In this document: one piece after another, positions 42,127 to 55,243 of the stretch
Numbering within the stretch: the first letter of the stretch is position 1
Layout: every line of letters starts with the position of its first letter
DNA from: Octopus vulgaris
Taxonomy: Eukaryota
Length of the DNA: 64,000 bases
NCBI GenBank assembly: GCA_951406725.2
Contig: OX597837.1
Span: forward strand, 41,912,001-41,976,000
Reading direction: 5' to 3'
The notes under the pieces: model-generated
The model's input: only the letters and a program-made list of their open reading frames with translations
Told to the model about the DNA's origin: nothing
Databases searched by the model: none
Program-made: the position numbers and the translations under genes

Positions 42127-43208
42127 AAAAGAAACCTGTCATGTGTGTGTATGTGTGTGTGTGTGTGTATGTCTTTGTATGTGTGTTTATGTTTGTCCCT
42201 GTAACTTAATGGTTTGGCAAAACAAAACAATAGAATAAGCAAAAAAATAAGTACTGGGGTTGATTTCCTTGAGTGAACCCCTAAAGGTGGTGCTCCAGCA
42301 TGGCTGCAATCTAATGCCAGAGACAAGTAAAAGATAAAAGAACAAAAGACAGTGATGCTGAGGGCGTTTCAAGTAATGGATGAAGCATTTCAAAGACCTT
42401 TGCCATGCCCCATCCCCAATAGAGGGGCATTTTACAGAAGAACTTATTGAGGAAATGGTTATTCCCATTGCATCGGCACCATGCTTGAAGTACGGAGGTG
42501 ATGTAAAGAATGATTTCTATATAACCACCTCGATTGATTGAACCACAGTTCAAAGGTGTTAAATCAAATAACGGTAACTTTTATGATATTTCTTTACTTG
42601 ATAAAGTATTCTTTGGATTCTTGGTGGATCATTTACAGACAAACATATTGTATCTGATGACACATAAGATGTACTACGGTTCACAAAAAAGAAAAAAAAG
42701 AAAAATCTGCATAAAAAGTGTATAGAGGAAGGTCAAGATTTTGTTGACCAGTTGGGTGATTAAAAAGAAAATTTTAATAAATAAAAAAAGGACCTGCTAG
42801 GTACTGTTTTCTGGCATACACTATATTCAAAAAACAAGTTGGGATGGTCATGGCTGGACAAGTTGATCAGAAAAAGTGGTAGACTACAGGCTTGCTTATT
42901 TGTAGTCTGTTCTTGTTGCTGTCATATAAGTTGCCATTTTTGTCTCTAACTTTTCACTTGTTTCAGTCCATTGGACTGCGATCATATTCCACTGGTCTCT
43001 TTTGCTGAACTGTTAAGTTGCAGGGATGTAAAACAACTAACATTGGTTCTCAAGTTGTGGGATTAGGGACAAACACACACAGAGAAAAGAACAGGCTTCT
43101 TTCAGTTTCCATCTACCAAATCCACTCACAAGGCTTTGGTCAACCTGAGGTTATTGAAGACACTTTTCCAAGGTGCCATGCAATGGGATAGAACCCAAGA
43201 CCACAATA

Positions 43209-43441
43209 TATTTCTTTATTGCCCACAAGGGGCTAAACAGAGAGGGGACAAACAAGGACAAACAAAGGGATTAACACGATTACATCGACCCCAGTGCGAA
43301 ACTGGTACTTTATTTATCGACCCCGAAAGGATGAAAGGCAAAGTCGACCTCGGCGGAATTTGAACTCAGAACGTAACGGTAGACGAAATACGGCTACGCA
43401 TATCGCCCGGCGTGCTAACGGTTCTGCCAGCTCGCTGCCTT
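43209..43441 (-). mobile_element. Family B SINE, full length
   Basis: Head, B box, core and tail. Confidence 0.85.
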
Positions 43442-43811
43442 CAAGACAGCAATAGCCACCCCTATCCTATGCCTCTGGTAAATAAACTTAATTCTCATTA
43501 TTCTGATCAAATTTGCATCAACTTGCAAATACCAAAGGGGTAAGTATGTTTCAGAATTGTAACTATTTTCTAATTAACGAGTATGTCGTTAGTTTTAATT
43601 AAAGGAGATGCTGAGATTTTGCTGGTGATCTGAATTACAACAACATACGTAAGTCCCTCTTGCACATAAATGTCAAATGTTCTGCTCCATTTTGCTAAAT
43701 CAGATGAAAACTAAGCTGGCAAGAATGATAGAAGCCCATGCATTAATGATTACGGAGTTTGGGAGGTCGGTGGCACAATGACCCAACCAAACTACAATTT
43801 TTAGCATTTAA

Positions 43812-44454
43812 CCCTTTAGTGTTCAGATTAATTTGTCAAAAGTAATCCTTATTTACTCTTTAACTCTTTTACTTGTTTCAGTCATTTGACTGCGGCCATG
43901 CTGGAGCACCGCCTTTAGTCGAGCAAATCGACCCCGGGACTTATTCTTTGTAAGCCCAGTACTTATTCTATCAGTCTCTTTTGCCGAACCGCTACGTAAC
44001 GGAGACATAAACAAACCAGCATCGGTTGTCAAGCAATGCTAGGGGGACAAACACAGACACACAAACATATACACACACACACATATATATATATACATAT
44101 ATACGATGGGTTTCTTCCAGTTTCCGTCTACCAAATCCACTCAGAAGGCTTTGGTCGGCCCGAGGCTAAAGTAGAAGGCACTTGCCCAAGATGCCACGCA
44201 GTGGGACTGAACCCAGAACCATGTGGCTGGTTAGCAAGCTACTTACCACACAGCCACTCCTGCGCCTATTCACATTTATTCACATTTAAAAAAATTTATC
44301 GGATATTATTTTGTACCTTCAAGATAGGAAAGATGTAATTGCTTATTTTTGGAGTGACATTGCAGGGTAGGTGTGAGATGCATGTTCTGGCCAGTTTGAG
44401 CATAAAATGTGTAGAATATTTGGGCCGGATACAGCCGGTTTAAACACTAAAGGG
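43812..44454. mobile_element. piggyBac-type MITE carrying a nested family A SINE (43855-44267, minus)
   Basis: TTAA|CCCTTTAGTGTT ... AACACTAAAGGG|TTAA: 12-bp perfect TIRs and a TTAA TSD. A related internal sequence occurs at ~24700-24850. Confidence 0.85.
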
Positions 44455-44587
44455 TTAAAATATGTTCATGCAGGGAAACAAAGTCTTAAGATTCAGCACA
44501 AATGCAGACGAATCTCTTTTTGTATTTTAATTAAGATCTGAATGAAAGTCATTTTAATAATTCAAACCCCTTTCATGTGATTAAATA

Positions 44588-44852
44588 AAAAGCACCATCC
44601 GACCGTGGCCGTTTGCCAGCCTCGTCTGGCACCTGTGCCGGTGGTACGTAAAAAGCACCATCTGATCATGGCCGTTTGCCAGCCTCGTCTGGCACCTGTG
44701 CCGGTGGCACGTAAAAAGCACCCACTACACTCACAGAGTGGTTGGCGTTAGGAAGGGCATCCAGCCGTAGAAACACTGCCAGTTCAGACTGGGCCTGGTG
44801 CAGCCTTCTGGCTTCCCAGACCCCAGTCGAACCGTCCAACCCATGCTAGCAT
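44588..44852 (+). mobile_element. Family C retroposon
   Basis: Internal 62-bp repeats plus the tail. Confidence 0.75.
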
Positions 44853-45185
44853 AGACTCAGTGCAAATACAGATGGCTCCATTTTTGCATTTTAATTAACA
44901 CCTGAACAAGAGGTAGTTTCAACATTTAAAACCCCTTCATGTATGTAATAAAACAGTCTTAGGATATTTGACACAAATGCAGGTGATTCTGGTCTCTTAT
45001 TTTAATGAAGCTCTTAACGAGAGGTTAAAACAGAGAAAATATAATGTACAATACTTTTGCTTGTAAATATGTTGCACCATCAAAGAATTCTGAATTCTCT
45101 CCATTCTCAAAGGCAGGTGGACTTTCGAAAAGGAATGTAAACAATTCCTTTTCACATTTACAACATACATAAGAGGTAACTTCCT

Positions 45186-45670
45186 ATTTCTCTCTCTCCC
45201 TCTTCTCCCCACTTTCAATCTGTCTCTCTTTCTGCCTTTCTCTCTCACTCACTGTGCCCCTTCTCTCTCTACTCCTCTCTGTTCCTTTCTCTTTTTCTTT
45301 CTCTCTAACCCTGTTTCTTTCTCTCTCTTTCTCTGCACTTCTATTTCTTTGTTTCTTTCTCTCTCCCCTCTTTGTTTCTCTCCCTCCCCCTCTCTCTACT
45401 CCTCTCTGTTTCTTTCTCTTTCTCTCTAACCATCTATTTCTTTCTTTCTCTCTCTTTCTCCTTCTCTGCACTTCTATTTCTTTGTTTCTTTCTCTCCCTC
45501 CCCCTCTCTCTCTGCCCTCTCTATTTCTCCTTTGCACTGCCCCTCTCTATCTGTATCTCTCATTCTCTCCCTCCCCCTCTCTCTGCCCTCTCTATTTCTC
45601 CTTCGCACTGCCCCTCTCTATCCATATCTCTCTTTCTCAGCCTCCCCCCCCTTCTCGCTCTCTCCACTCC
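45186..45670. repeat. Polypyrimidine (CT)-rich tract
   Basis: Direct reading. Confidence 0.9.
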
Positions 45671-46083
45671 GAAGCAATACAAATCCTACCAATGCTGTTG
45701 CAACAGGGAAAAAGCGAAGCAGGTGATGTTTACGATTCCATTCCGGCATTTCTGCTGCTCATTGGTGGAATTTCCACTACAAATCGTCTCATGTTCTATT
45801 ACATACTAGTAATGAAAATGTGAGTGGTTACTTTTTCAAGTCACTCATTCTTCCCTAGAGAAGCGAAGGAAAGAAAAGTGGACAGAAAGACAGACAGACA
45901 GAACAAAATAAATTGCCTTCCACCCCGTTGCACATACCTTCACCATTTTGCTTTCAAACCCAACTACAAAGAAAATGTCATTTTCATTTTTACTTGCGTT
46001 ATTCATTTCCTTTTTCCTCCAATGTCATTTGATATATAGATTTCTGCATGGCCATTGTTCGTAGCTGGAGGTTTGCGTTTTGA

Positions 46084-46445
46084 CTAAAAGTGGGATTGCT
46101 AAACTTTGCCAACGAGGAAAAGCCAAGTTCGTTTTCAGCTGATAATTCCAGTATGTAAACAACACCATTGAGAAATCATTATGTGTTTATGTGTGAGTGT
46201 GTGTGTGTGTGTGTGTGCGTGTGTGTGTGTGTCTGTGTGTGCATGTGTGTTTGTGTGTGTGTCTGTGTGTGTGTCTGTCTGTCTGTGTGTGTCTGTGTGT
46301 GTGTGTGTGTGTGTGTGTCTGTGTGTGTGTCTAAAGTGGATTGCTAAACTTTGCCAACAAGAAAAAGCGAAGTTCGTTTGCAGCTAATAATTCCAGTATG
46401 TAAACAACACCATTGATAAATCATTATGTGTTTATGTGTGAGTGC
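46084..46445. repeat. Tandem duplication of ~115 bp unique sequence plus (GT)n, period ~247
   Basis: GGATTGCTAAACTTTGCCAAC...AAATCATTATGTGTTTATGTGTGAGTG at ~46093 and ~46339. Confidence 0.85.
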
Positions 46446-47353
46446 GTGTGTGTGTGTGTGTGTGAGAGAGTGTGTGTGTGTGTGTGTCTGTGAGAGAGAG
46501 AGAGAGGGCCCTGCTAAATAAACTTACGGAAAATGTTTGGTTCAAAGTTAAATGGTAGTAGCTGAGATAAGGAAAGCGAAATGGTGCAAGATGTTTGTAG
46601 GAAAGACATCAGTTGCATGTTGATGCTAATTTGGTAATGGTCGGGTGGTGATTAAAGAACTGTTGGCATGAACAACAAAGAGATCAGCTTCAGTGTTCTT
46701 CAACATAACTGTTTGTTGTATGAAGAACTACAAAACTATGATATATGGTGTGGGTGCAACCACAGACGTTGGTTACAGAACTGAAATGGAAAGAGAGATT
46801 AAAAGGGAAAAAAATGCAGTGAGTATGATATGACACAGCAGACCTGTGATTAAAGGATCAAAGGCATTCCAGCTGTGACCATCCTGACTTGCTTTTGAAC
46901 AGTATCGTGTGTATACAGAACTAATGTGTAATTTGGAAGTAGCTTTGGTTTCTATTTCCAGCAAGATACACAACTTCCTAAAAGACTTCTGGATAAAAAA
47001 AAAGATAAATCGCTGAAGTCGACTTTGCCTTTCATCCTTTCAGGGTTGATTAAATAAATACCAGTCACACACTGGGGTCGATATAATCGACTTAATCCGT
47101 TTGTCCTTGTTTGTCCTCTCTGTGTTTAGCCCCTTGTGGGTAGTAAAGAAACAGGTATGGTAACAGCCACTAAATCCAAACAGTAAACTGATTGTTGATA
47201 TGAAGGGTATCTGGTCAATAATGCACCCCACCTCACGTACACAATAAGAAGTACGTACATGGCAGGTTTCTTTGATGCTGGGCGTACCAGAGGAAACACA
47301 ACTGCGAGCTGTTGTGCAACCCATCCAACCCAAGCCAGCAAAGGAAAAGCAAA

Positions 47354-47385
<32 letters not shown>

Positions 47386-48219
47386 CAACTGTTCACAGCA
47401 ACAATGATGACAGTGATGATGATAATGACGATGATGATGATGATGTCAATGATAACAATGATGATAGTGATGATGACGACGATGATGACAGTGATGATGA
47501 TGATGATGATGATGTCAATGATAACAATGCAATGATGATGAATGTAAAATAACGACATCATGTAATGAGTCAGCTTTTAAAGAACATGAAATTTATCAAA
47601 CTTTTTTATTTTTTTTTTTTGCTCTCCTGCAAGAAAAAGAGCCAGATTAAAATTCAGCCTGACCAATTTAATCATTAAAAATCACGGAATAATTACAGAG
47701 CAATCAAGAATTGCTAGTTCACTAGAAAGAAGACTTCTTAAGACAAGAATCTGATTGAAGCCTTTTTTGTTAAAATAACAAAAAAAAAAAGAAAAAAGAA
47801 GAAAAAAAAAAGAAAAGAAGCTATTTCTAACGATAGATTTATTGAAGGAGTTTCGGTCTGGATTTTTTGAATTTCACGTAATTAATTGTACAGTTTCATT
47901 CTCATTTGAACACGTTTTATCTTATCCTTTTTATCTTTAGCCGGTTTCAGTCATTGGAGAGCAGCCATGCTGGAGTCTAAGTCAAACAAACCAGCTCGAA
48001 TAATTATCTTTTAAAGTGTAATACTTATTCTGGTCTCTTTTTCCCCAACCACTACATTATACGGATGTAAACACACCAACACTGGTTGACAAGCAGCAAG
48101 GAGGACAAACAGCCACACTGGTATGGGTTGGAGGGTTTGATTAGAGCCAGCAAGCCAGAGAGCTGCACCCAGGTTTCAGCCTGATTTGGTAAATACACAC
48201 GGACACACACACACACATT

Positions 48220-49057
48220 CTTTTATTCTTTTATTTGTTTCAGTCATTTGACTGTGGTCATGCTGGAGCACCGCCTTCAAGGATTTTAGTTAAACAAATC
48301 AACACCAGGACGTATTTTTTAAACCTAGTACTTATTCTATCAATCTCTTTTGCTGAACTGCTAACACACCAACACCAGTTGTCAAGTGGTGGGTGAGGTG
48401 ACACACAGACACAAAGACACACATAGATACCCCCCCCACACACACACATGCACACATACATATATATGATGGGCTTCTTTCAGTTTCCATCAACCAAATC
48501 CACTTACAAGGCTTCTGTCAGCCTGAGGTAATAGTAGAAGATACCTGCCCAAGGTATCATGCAGTGGGATTGAACCTGGAACCATGTGGTTGGGAAGTAA
48601 GCTTCTTATTTCTTTATTGCTCACAAGGGGCTAAACATAGAAGGGACAAACAAGGACAAAGGGATTAAGTCGATTACATCTACCCCAGTGTGTGACTTGT
48701 ACTTATTATCGACCCCAAAAGGATGAAAGGCAAAGTCGACCTCGGTGGAATTTGAACTCAGAAAGTAACAGCAGATGAAATACCTATTTCTTTACTACCC
48801 ACAAAGGGTTAAACACAGAGGGGAAAAACAAGGACAGACAAATGGATTAAGTCGATTACATCGACCCCAGTGTGTAACTGGTACTTATTTAATCAACTCC
48901 GAAAGGATGAAAGGCAAAGTCGACCTCGGCGGAACTTGAACTCAGAACATATCGGCAGATGAAATACCGATAAGCATTTCACATGGCGCGCTAACGTTTC
49001 TGCCAGCTAGCCACCTTACCACACAAGCTTCTTACCACACAACCATGGCCTGTGCCT
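48220..49057 (-). mobile_element. Old family A SINE with a nested family B dimer (48608-49016)
   Basis: Family A body at 48220-48607 and head at ~49017-49057; two family B units between them. Confidence 0.75.
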
Positions 49058-49433
49058 ATAATATATATATATAAATTGCTGGTAGGAATACTGAATGCTG
49101 TATTTCATTTTGCAACCGTAATAAATGACCAAATATATTAAAGATTTATAAGTCAATACCGTGTCCTACTTTTTGTATTAACTATGCGATATAATCACTT
49201 TTATGCTTATCTCCACCGATTTCCTACAGAGTTTAGAACCAACACTGAAGGTTATGGTGTTTTGTATATGAATACGTCTTTGTGAGAAATGTGATCAAAG
49301 ATAGAAAGATAGGTAAATACCTATTTTTCGATCTTTGATCACATTGCTTACGCACATGTATTCCTATATGAAACATTGTAACTCTCTCACTCTAAATTCT
49401 ATAGAAAATCTGTAGAGATAAACTTTAAATATA

Positions 49434-49466
<33 letters not shown>

Positions 49467-49589
49467 TATTTTCTTCTTTTTCTTTTTTCTAGCGTCAGCT
49501 CAGAGCTGTGGCCATGCTAATGCACTACCATTTTGTGCAACACTGTTATTACTAAGAGCCTCCTCTAATATGTGGCACTTGGTGAAGAA

Positions 49590-49915
49590 TCATCATCATC
49601 ATCATCATCGTTTAACGTCCGCCTTCCATGCTAGCATGGGTTGGACGGTTCAACTGGGGTCTGGGAAGCCCGAAGGCTGCACCAGGCCAGTCAGATCTGG
49701 CAGTGTTTCTACACCTGGATGCCCTTCCTAACACCAACCACTCCGTGAGTGTAGTGGGTGATTTTATGTGCCACCGACACAGGTGCCAGACGAGGCTGGC
49801 GAACAGCCACACTCGGATGGTGTTTTTTACGTGCCACCGGCACGGAGGCCAGTGAATGCGGTACTGGTTACGGCCACGTTACAAATTCCATTAATGTTCA
49901 TCGAGTTTGCTTTTG
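49590..49915 (-). mobile_element. Family C retroposon
   Basis: Near-identical to 19467-19722 over the tail and first repeat. Confidence 0.75.
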
Positions 49916-50904
49916 ATTTTGTCCAGCTACCCTCATTTGCAATATATATATATTGCAATATATATATATATATATATTAAAGGAGGCGAAGAAGAAAGTG
50001 AAGAAAATGAAGGTGAAGAAGATGAAGAAGAAAAAGGAGGTGAAGAAGAAAAGGAAGAAGAAGAAGAGGTCAAGAGAACGTGGATAGCAAGTGTGTAGGC
50101 CAGAGGCTGGAGCATGGTTGATGACATCACATCAATCAGTATGGCATCATTTTCTCAAAGGTGGAAAAAGCAAAGTTGTTTAGGGATGTTAGCAGTAGTA
50201 GTAGTAGTAGCAGCAGCAGTAGTAGTAGTAGTAGTAGTGACAGTAGTGTCCCAGAAGCAGGAACAATATACTCCCTCGTGGGCTTCATCCGAGAGCCTTT
50301 GTAGACGATTAGCAATTGTTTGATGGTCAGGGGATGGCGGGAGGGTTGAACGAGAAGTGCCCCAATGTTTACTACGTTGAAACTGTACCAGAACAGAAAA
50401 CCCCCGATGACTACGACGACAACAACAACAACAACAACAACAATGACGACGACGATGATGGTGATGATGATGATGATGATGACGATGGTGGTGTGGGGCA
50501 GTCGGTATCAAAAGGGACTCAGTGGCAGATCGTGACCAAACATATTAATTAGAACACACAATAATCTGTCGTAATGCGTAAACAGAATGTAACGATGAGA
50601 TTCGAGTCGGAGAGAGAGGAGAGTGCGGCCTTATGTGTCTTTAAATACCAACTGTGACAAATGAACAGGTTAATTCAGTCGTGGAGACAACCAGTACCGA
50701 TGGTGAACTAGTGAAATAGGCACTAATTAGTCATAGCTACAAGAATTCTTCCTTATATAATGTAATGTCTGTTGTCTGTCTCTTTCGTTCATTTCGTTTC
50801 TTTTCTTTTTGTTTTTTTTTTGTTTGTGCTGTTGTTGTTGTTGCTGTATTTCTTCTTGACAACGAAATAGGATCAATAGAAATCTGAAAGACTTAATACA
50901 TTGG

Positions 50905-51160
50905 TGGAGGAGGAAGAAGAAGAAGAAGAAGAAGAAGAAGAAGAAGAAGAAGAAGAAGAAGAAGGAGAAGAAGAAGGAGAAGAAGAAGGAGAAGAAGAAG
51001 GAGAAGAAGAAGAAAAAGAAGAAAAAGAAGAAGGAGAAAATGAAGAAAACAAAGGAGAAAATGAAGAAGAAGAAGAAGAAGAAGAAGAAGAAGAAGAAGA
51101 AGAAGAAGAAGAAGAAGAAGAAGAAGAAGAAGAAAAAAAAGGAGAAGAAGAAGAAGAAGC
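50905..51160. repeat. (GAA)n polypurine tract
   Basis: Direct reading. Confidence 0.95.
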
Positions 51161-51622
51161 CAGTTTAGACTACTGCTATTTCTTTAAATTTCACAAGATG
51201 CAAATGTTGGTAGCATGCCTTATGATGATGATGATGATGATAACTATGATGACGATGATGATGTTGATGCCCACTTGTATGATAATGATCGTGTCTGAAG
51301 AAGGAGACATGATTTGTATGTTGATTATATTTGAACAACAAGACGTGCATACATCAGCCATATTTCTTTCCCTCCCCCCACCCCCGCCCCCTGCTCTGCC
51401 GTTCTCAGAAAACATTGAAATAATTAGCAAGAACAGCTTGGAACTCGTGATAGACGACGACACACAGAGCTGTACGACGGCCTAACTTGTCAGAATTGAC
51501 ATCAGACGGAACGAGAGTCTCCATTGTGAGGAAGTTTTCCCCCCGTCTCTAAAACTAACGAACATATAGGCGCAAGGAGTGGCTGTGTGGTAAGTAACTT
51601 GCTAACCAACAAGGTTCCACTG

Positions 51623-52697
51623 AGATGGAAAGTGCCATGGTGGTGGAACGGCACACAAAAGCTATGCTGCACCTTTGGATTTGCCAGTGACGTGGAGAGC
51701 AGGGTCACACTTCATGGATAACAACCTGTCCTTCATATCATGTGGCCCAAGCTTGAATAAATAAAAAAGGCGCAGGAGTGGCTGTGTGGTAAGTAGATGG
51801 CAACCAACCACATGGTTCCGGATTCAGTCCCACTGCGTGGCATCTTGGGCAAGTCTCCTCTGCTATAGCCCCGGGCCGACCAATGCCTTGTGAGTGGATT
51901 TGGTAGATGGAAACTGAAAGAAGCCTGTCGTATATATGTATGTATGTGTGTTTGTGTGTCTGTGTTTGTCCCCCTAGCATTGCTTGACAACCGATGCTGG
52001 TGTGTTTACGTCCCCGTCACTTAGCGGTTCGGCAAAAGAGACCGATAGAATAAGTACTGGGCTTACAAAGAATAAGTACCGGGGTCAATTTGCTCGACTA
52101 AAGGTGGTGCTCCAGCATGGCCGCAGTCAAATGACTGAAACAAGTAAAAGAGTAAAGAGTATCCTTCCAGAGTCATACAGGCTCATAGGGCCAGTTTTCC
52201 AGTTTCTGTGGCACATATATTATTTTCTCCTAGGACAGGATGCTGGGTCATCACAGGATTGCTCATTTTTGCCAGCTGAGGGGACTGTCCAATAACTGAA
52301 ACCACAATCTTACAGTTATCATTCCAACACTCTTACCACTAAACCATGCACCTCCAGATGGAAAGTGCCATGGTGGTGGAACGGCACACAAAAGCTATGT
52401 TGTCCCTGTGGATTTGCCAGTGATGTGGAGAGCAGGGTCACACTTCAGGGATAACAACCTGTCCTTCATATCATATGGCCCAGGTTTGAATAAATAAAAA
52501 ATATCCTTCCAGAGTCATACAGACTCACAGGGCCAGTTTTCCAGTTTCTGTGGCACAGATATTATTTTCTCCTAGGACAGGATGCTGGGTCATCACAGGA
52601 TTGCTCATTTTTGCCAGCTGAGGGGACTGTCCAATAACTGAAACCACAATCTTACAGTTATCATTCCAACACTCTTACCACTAAACCATGTACCTCC
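51623..52697. repeat. ~340-bp tandem duplication; first copy carries a family A SINE (51768-52160, plus)
   Basis: AGATGGAAAGTGCCATGG... at 51623 and 52357; TATCCTTCCAGAGTC... at 52160 and 52502. Confidence 0.9.
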
Positions 52698-53075
52698 ACC
52701 AGGCTTGGATCATATCAAACATCCTTTGTTGGACAGATAGAACCAGGTGAAACACTGGAGAGGACACTCCAGCCTCACCTATGCATCAACACAACAAAGA
52801 GATGAAAAGTTACTGGTCCCAGCATCACTGGGACAACCCGCAAATGTGGCTTGTATGAAAGAGACTGTTATTCGTGTACCAAACTGTTCAGCCACAGACA
52901 ATACTACTCCAGTCCAGTGAACATCTAGAAACCTCATCCATGGTCATTAATGATGGAGGAAGCTTCAGAAAAGGCCAAGAGACAGGCTTGGAAAGAATAG
53001 TAGAAAGATAGAGGTGGAACAAGGAACAATATCAAGTAGCTGGAAGAAAAGCAACCTGACAGGTATGAATGAAAG

Positions 53076-53672
53076 GCAGCGAGCTGGCAGAATCGTTAGC
53101 ACTCCGGGCGAAATGCTTAGCGGTATTTCGCCTGCCACTACGTTCTGAGTTCAAATTCCGCCGAGGTCGACTTTGCCTTTCATCCTTTCGGGGTCAATTA
53201 AATAAGTACCAGTTACGTACTGGGGTCGATATAATCGACTTTATCCATTTGTCTGTCCTTGTTTGTCCTCTTTGTGTTTAGCCCCTTGTGGGTAGTAAAG
53301 AAATAGGTATTTCGTTTGCTGTTACGTTCTGAGTTCAAATTCCACCGAGGTCGACTTTGCCTATCATCCTTTCAGAGTCAATTAAATAAGTACCAGTTAC
53401 ACACTGGGGTTGATATAATTGACTTTATCCCTTTGTCTGTCCTTGTTTGTCCTCTCTGTGTTTAGCCCCTTGAAGGTAGTAAAGAAATAGGTATTTCGTC
53501 AGCCGCTACGTTCTGAGTTCAAATTCCACTGAGGTCGACTTTGCCTTTCATCCTTTCAGGGTCGATTAAAAAAGTACCAGTTATGCACTGGGGTCCATAT
53601 AATCTACTTAATCCTTTTGTCTGTCCTTGCTTGTCCTCTCTGTGTTTAGCCCCTTGTGGGTAGTAAAGAAAT
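53076..53672 (+). mobile_element. Family B SINE trimer
   Basis: One full unit plus two headless ~184-bp units; 15-bp TSD AGGTATGAATGAAAG at 53061-53075 and 53673-53687. Confidence 0.9.
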
Positions 53673-54255
53673 AGGTATGAATGAAAGAAAGACATTATAT
53701 AAGAAAGAATTCAAGTAGCTATGACTATTTAGTATCTATTTCACCAGTTTTTACGTCAGCACTGGTTGTCACCATGACTAAATCTGTCCATTCATCACAG
53801 TATTTAGCATAATCTCAGCTGATCCAAGATTTTCAACTCCTTATGTTACATACCTGGAGGTCTTGCTATATTTGCATTAAATATGCAAAACCCAGCAGTG
53901 TTTTCCCTCAGATATACTGTTGATATAAATCTCTGCTTGTATTTATCAGCTTGACTAATGCCAAGTTCCACCGCCACTCTCTAAGCAGAGTGGTTTGCAG
54001 AAGGAAAGTTATGCAGCTAACAAGAAATGCAATGTGCAATTGCTCTGACAACACTCAAAATGTCCAATCTTGCCTGAAACAATCCCATTTATGTTCGTAT
54101 GATGAAATAGCGGAACTAAGGGAAAAGCAAGAATCTTTGCCATTAGTAGTTATGAGTGACACATGCATCTAGTGGAAAATTACAAAAAGAAAAGTAAGGA
54201 AAATCTAGCCAGATAAACAGAAATTCAAAGATTACGTACATTATAAGAGAAAAAT

Positions 54256-54372
54256 ATCTATCTATCTATGTATCTATCTATCCACCTATCTCTGTCTATC
54301 TGTCTCTATCTATCTATCTATCTTTCTTTCTATCTATCTATGTTTCTATCTATCTATCTTTCTATCTATCTA

Positions 54373-54403
<31 letters not shown>

Positions 54404-54410
54404 ATCTCTG

Positions 54411-54441
<31 letters not shown>

Positions 54442-54600
54442 GTATCTCTGTCTATCTATCTATCTATCTATCTATCTATCATGTCTGTCTGTCTGTCTGT
54501 CTATGTCTATCTGTCTATATCTGTCTGTCTATCTGTCTTCCTACCTACCTACCTACCTACCTACCTACCTACCTACCTACCTACCTCTCTATCTATATCT
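54256..54600. repeat. (CTAT/CTGT/CTAC)n tetranucleotide tract
   Basis: Direct reading. Confidence 0.95.
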
Positions 54601-55041
54601 AAACAGGTACAGGAATGGCTGTGTGGTACAAGAACTTTGCATCACAACCACATGGTTCGAGTCCCACAGCCTAGCATCTTCAGTAAATGTCTTCTATCCC
54701 CCCCACCCAGGCTGACCAATGGACTGTGAGTGTATTTGGTAAACAAAAACTTATTACATGCACCTTGTGTGTATATATGCATATAATGGAATATCCTGTC
54801 AAAGATGATGTATGAATGTTCACTCCCTCCAGCAAACTAACATTACCTGTACAGGTGCAGAAGAGTGCCATACGTCAGATGTCCAGATGATCACAGTGCT
54901 ATGCAAAAAGAAGTGTTTATCTAAAGAGCATAACACACCACCCAGTCCAGGAATTGAACCCACAATCTAGCAATCGTGAAAGCAGTACTCTAACTTCTAG
55001 GCTATGTGCCTGTATAAATAATAAAATCATCATAATCATCA

Positions 55042-55243
55042 TCATCTTCGTTTAGCGTCTGTTTTCCATGCTAGCATGGGTTGGACGGTTCAACTGGGGT
55101 CTGGGAAGCCAGAAGGCTGCACCAGGCCCAGTCTGATCTGGCAATGTTTCAGACTAGGCCTGGTGCAGCCTTCTGGCTTCCCAGACCCCAGTTGAACCGT
55201 CCAACCCATGCTAGCATGGAAAACGGACGCTAAACGAAGATGA
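55042..55243. repeat. Inverted repeat of a family C tail: 95-bp arms, 12-nt loop
   Basis: 55042-55136 is the reverse complement of 55149-55243 with 2 mismatches. Confidence 0.9.

Noticed and set aside
46528-46561. 34-nt AG/GTAAGT-bounded segment (minus)
   Set aside because: It would frameshift and has no similarity to FUT8; expected by chance in 44 kb.
52965-53066. KAKRQAWKE...GG...YQVA resembling a decayed RTE ORF
   Set aside because: About 100 bp with stops and a frameshift; suggestive only.
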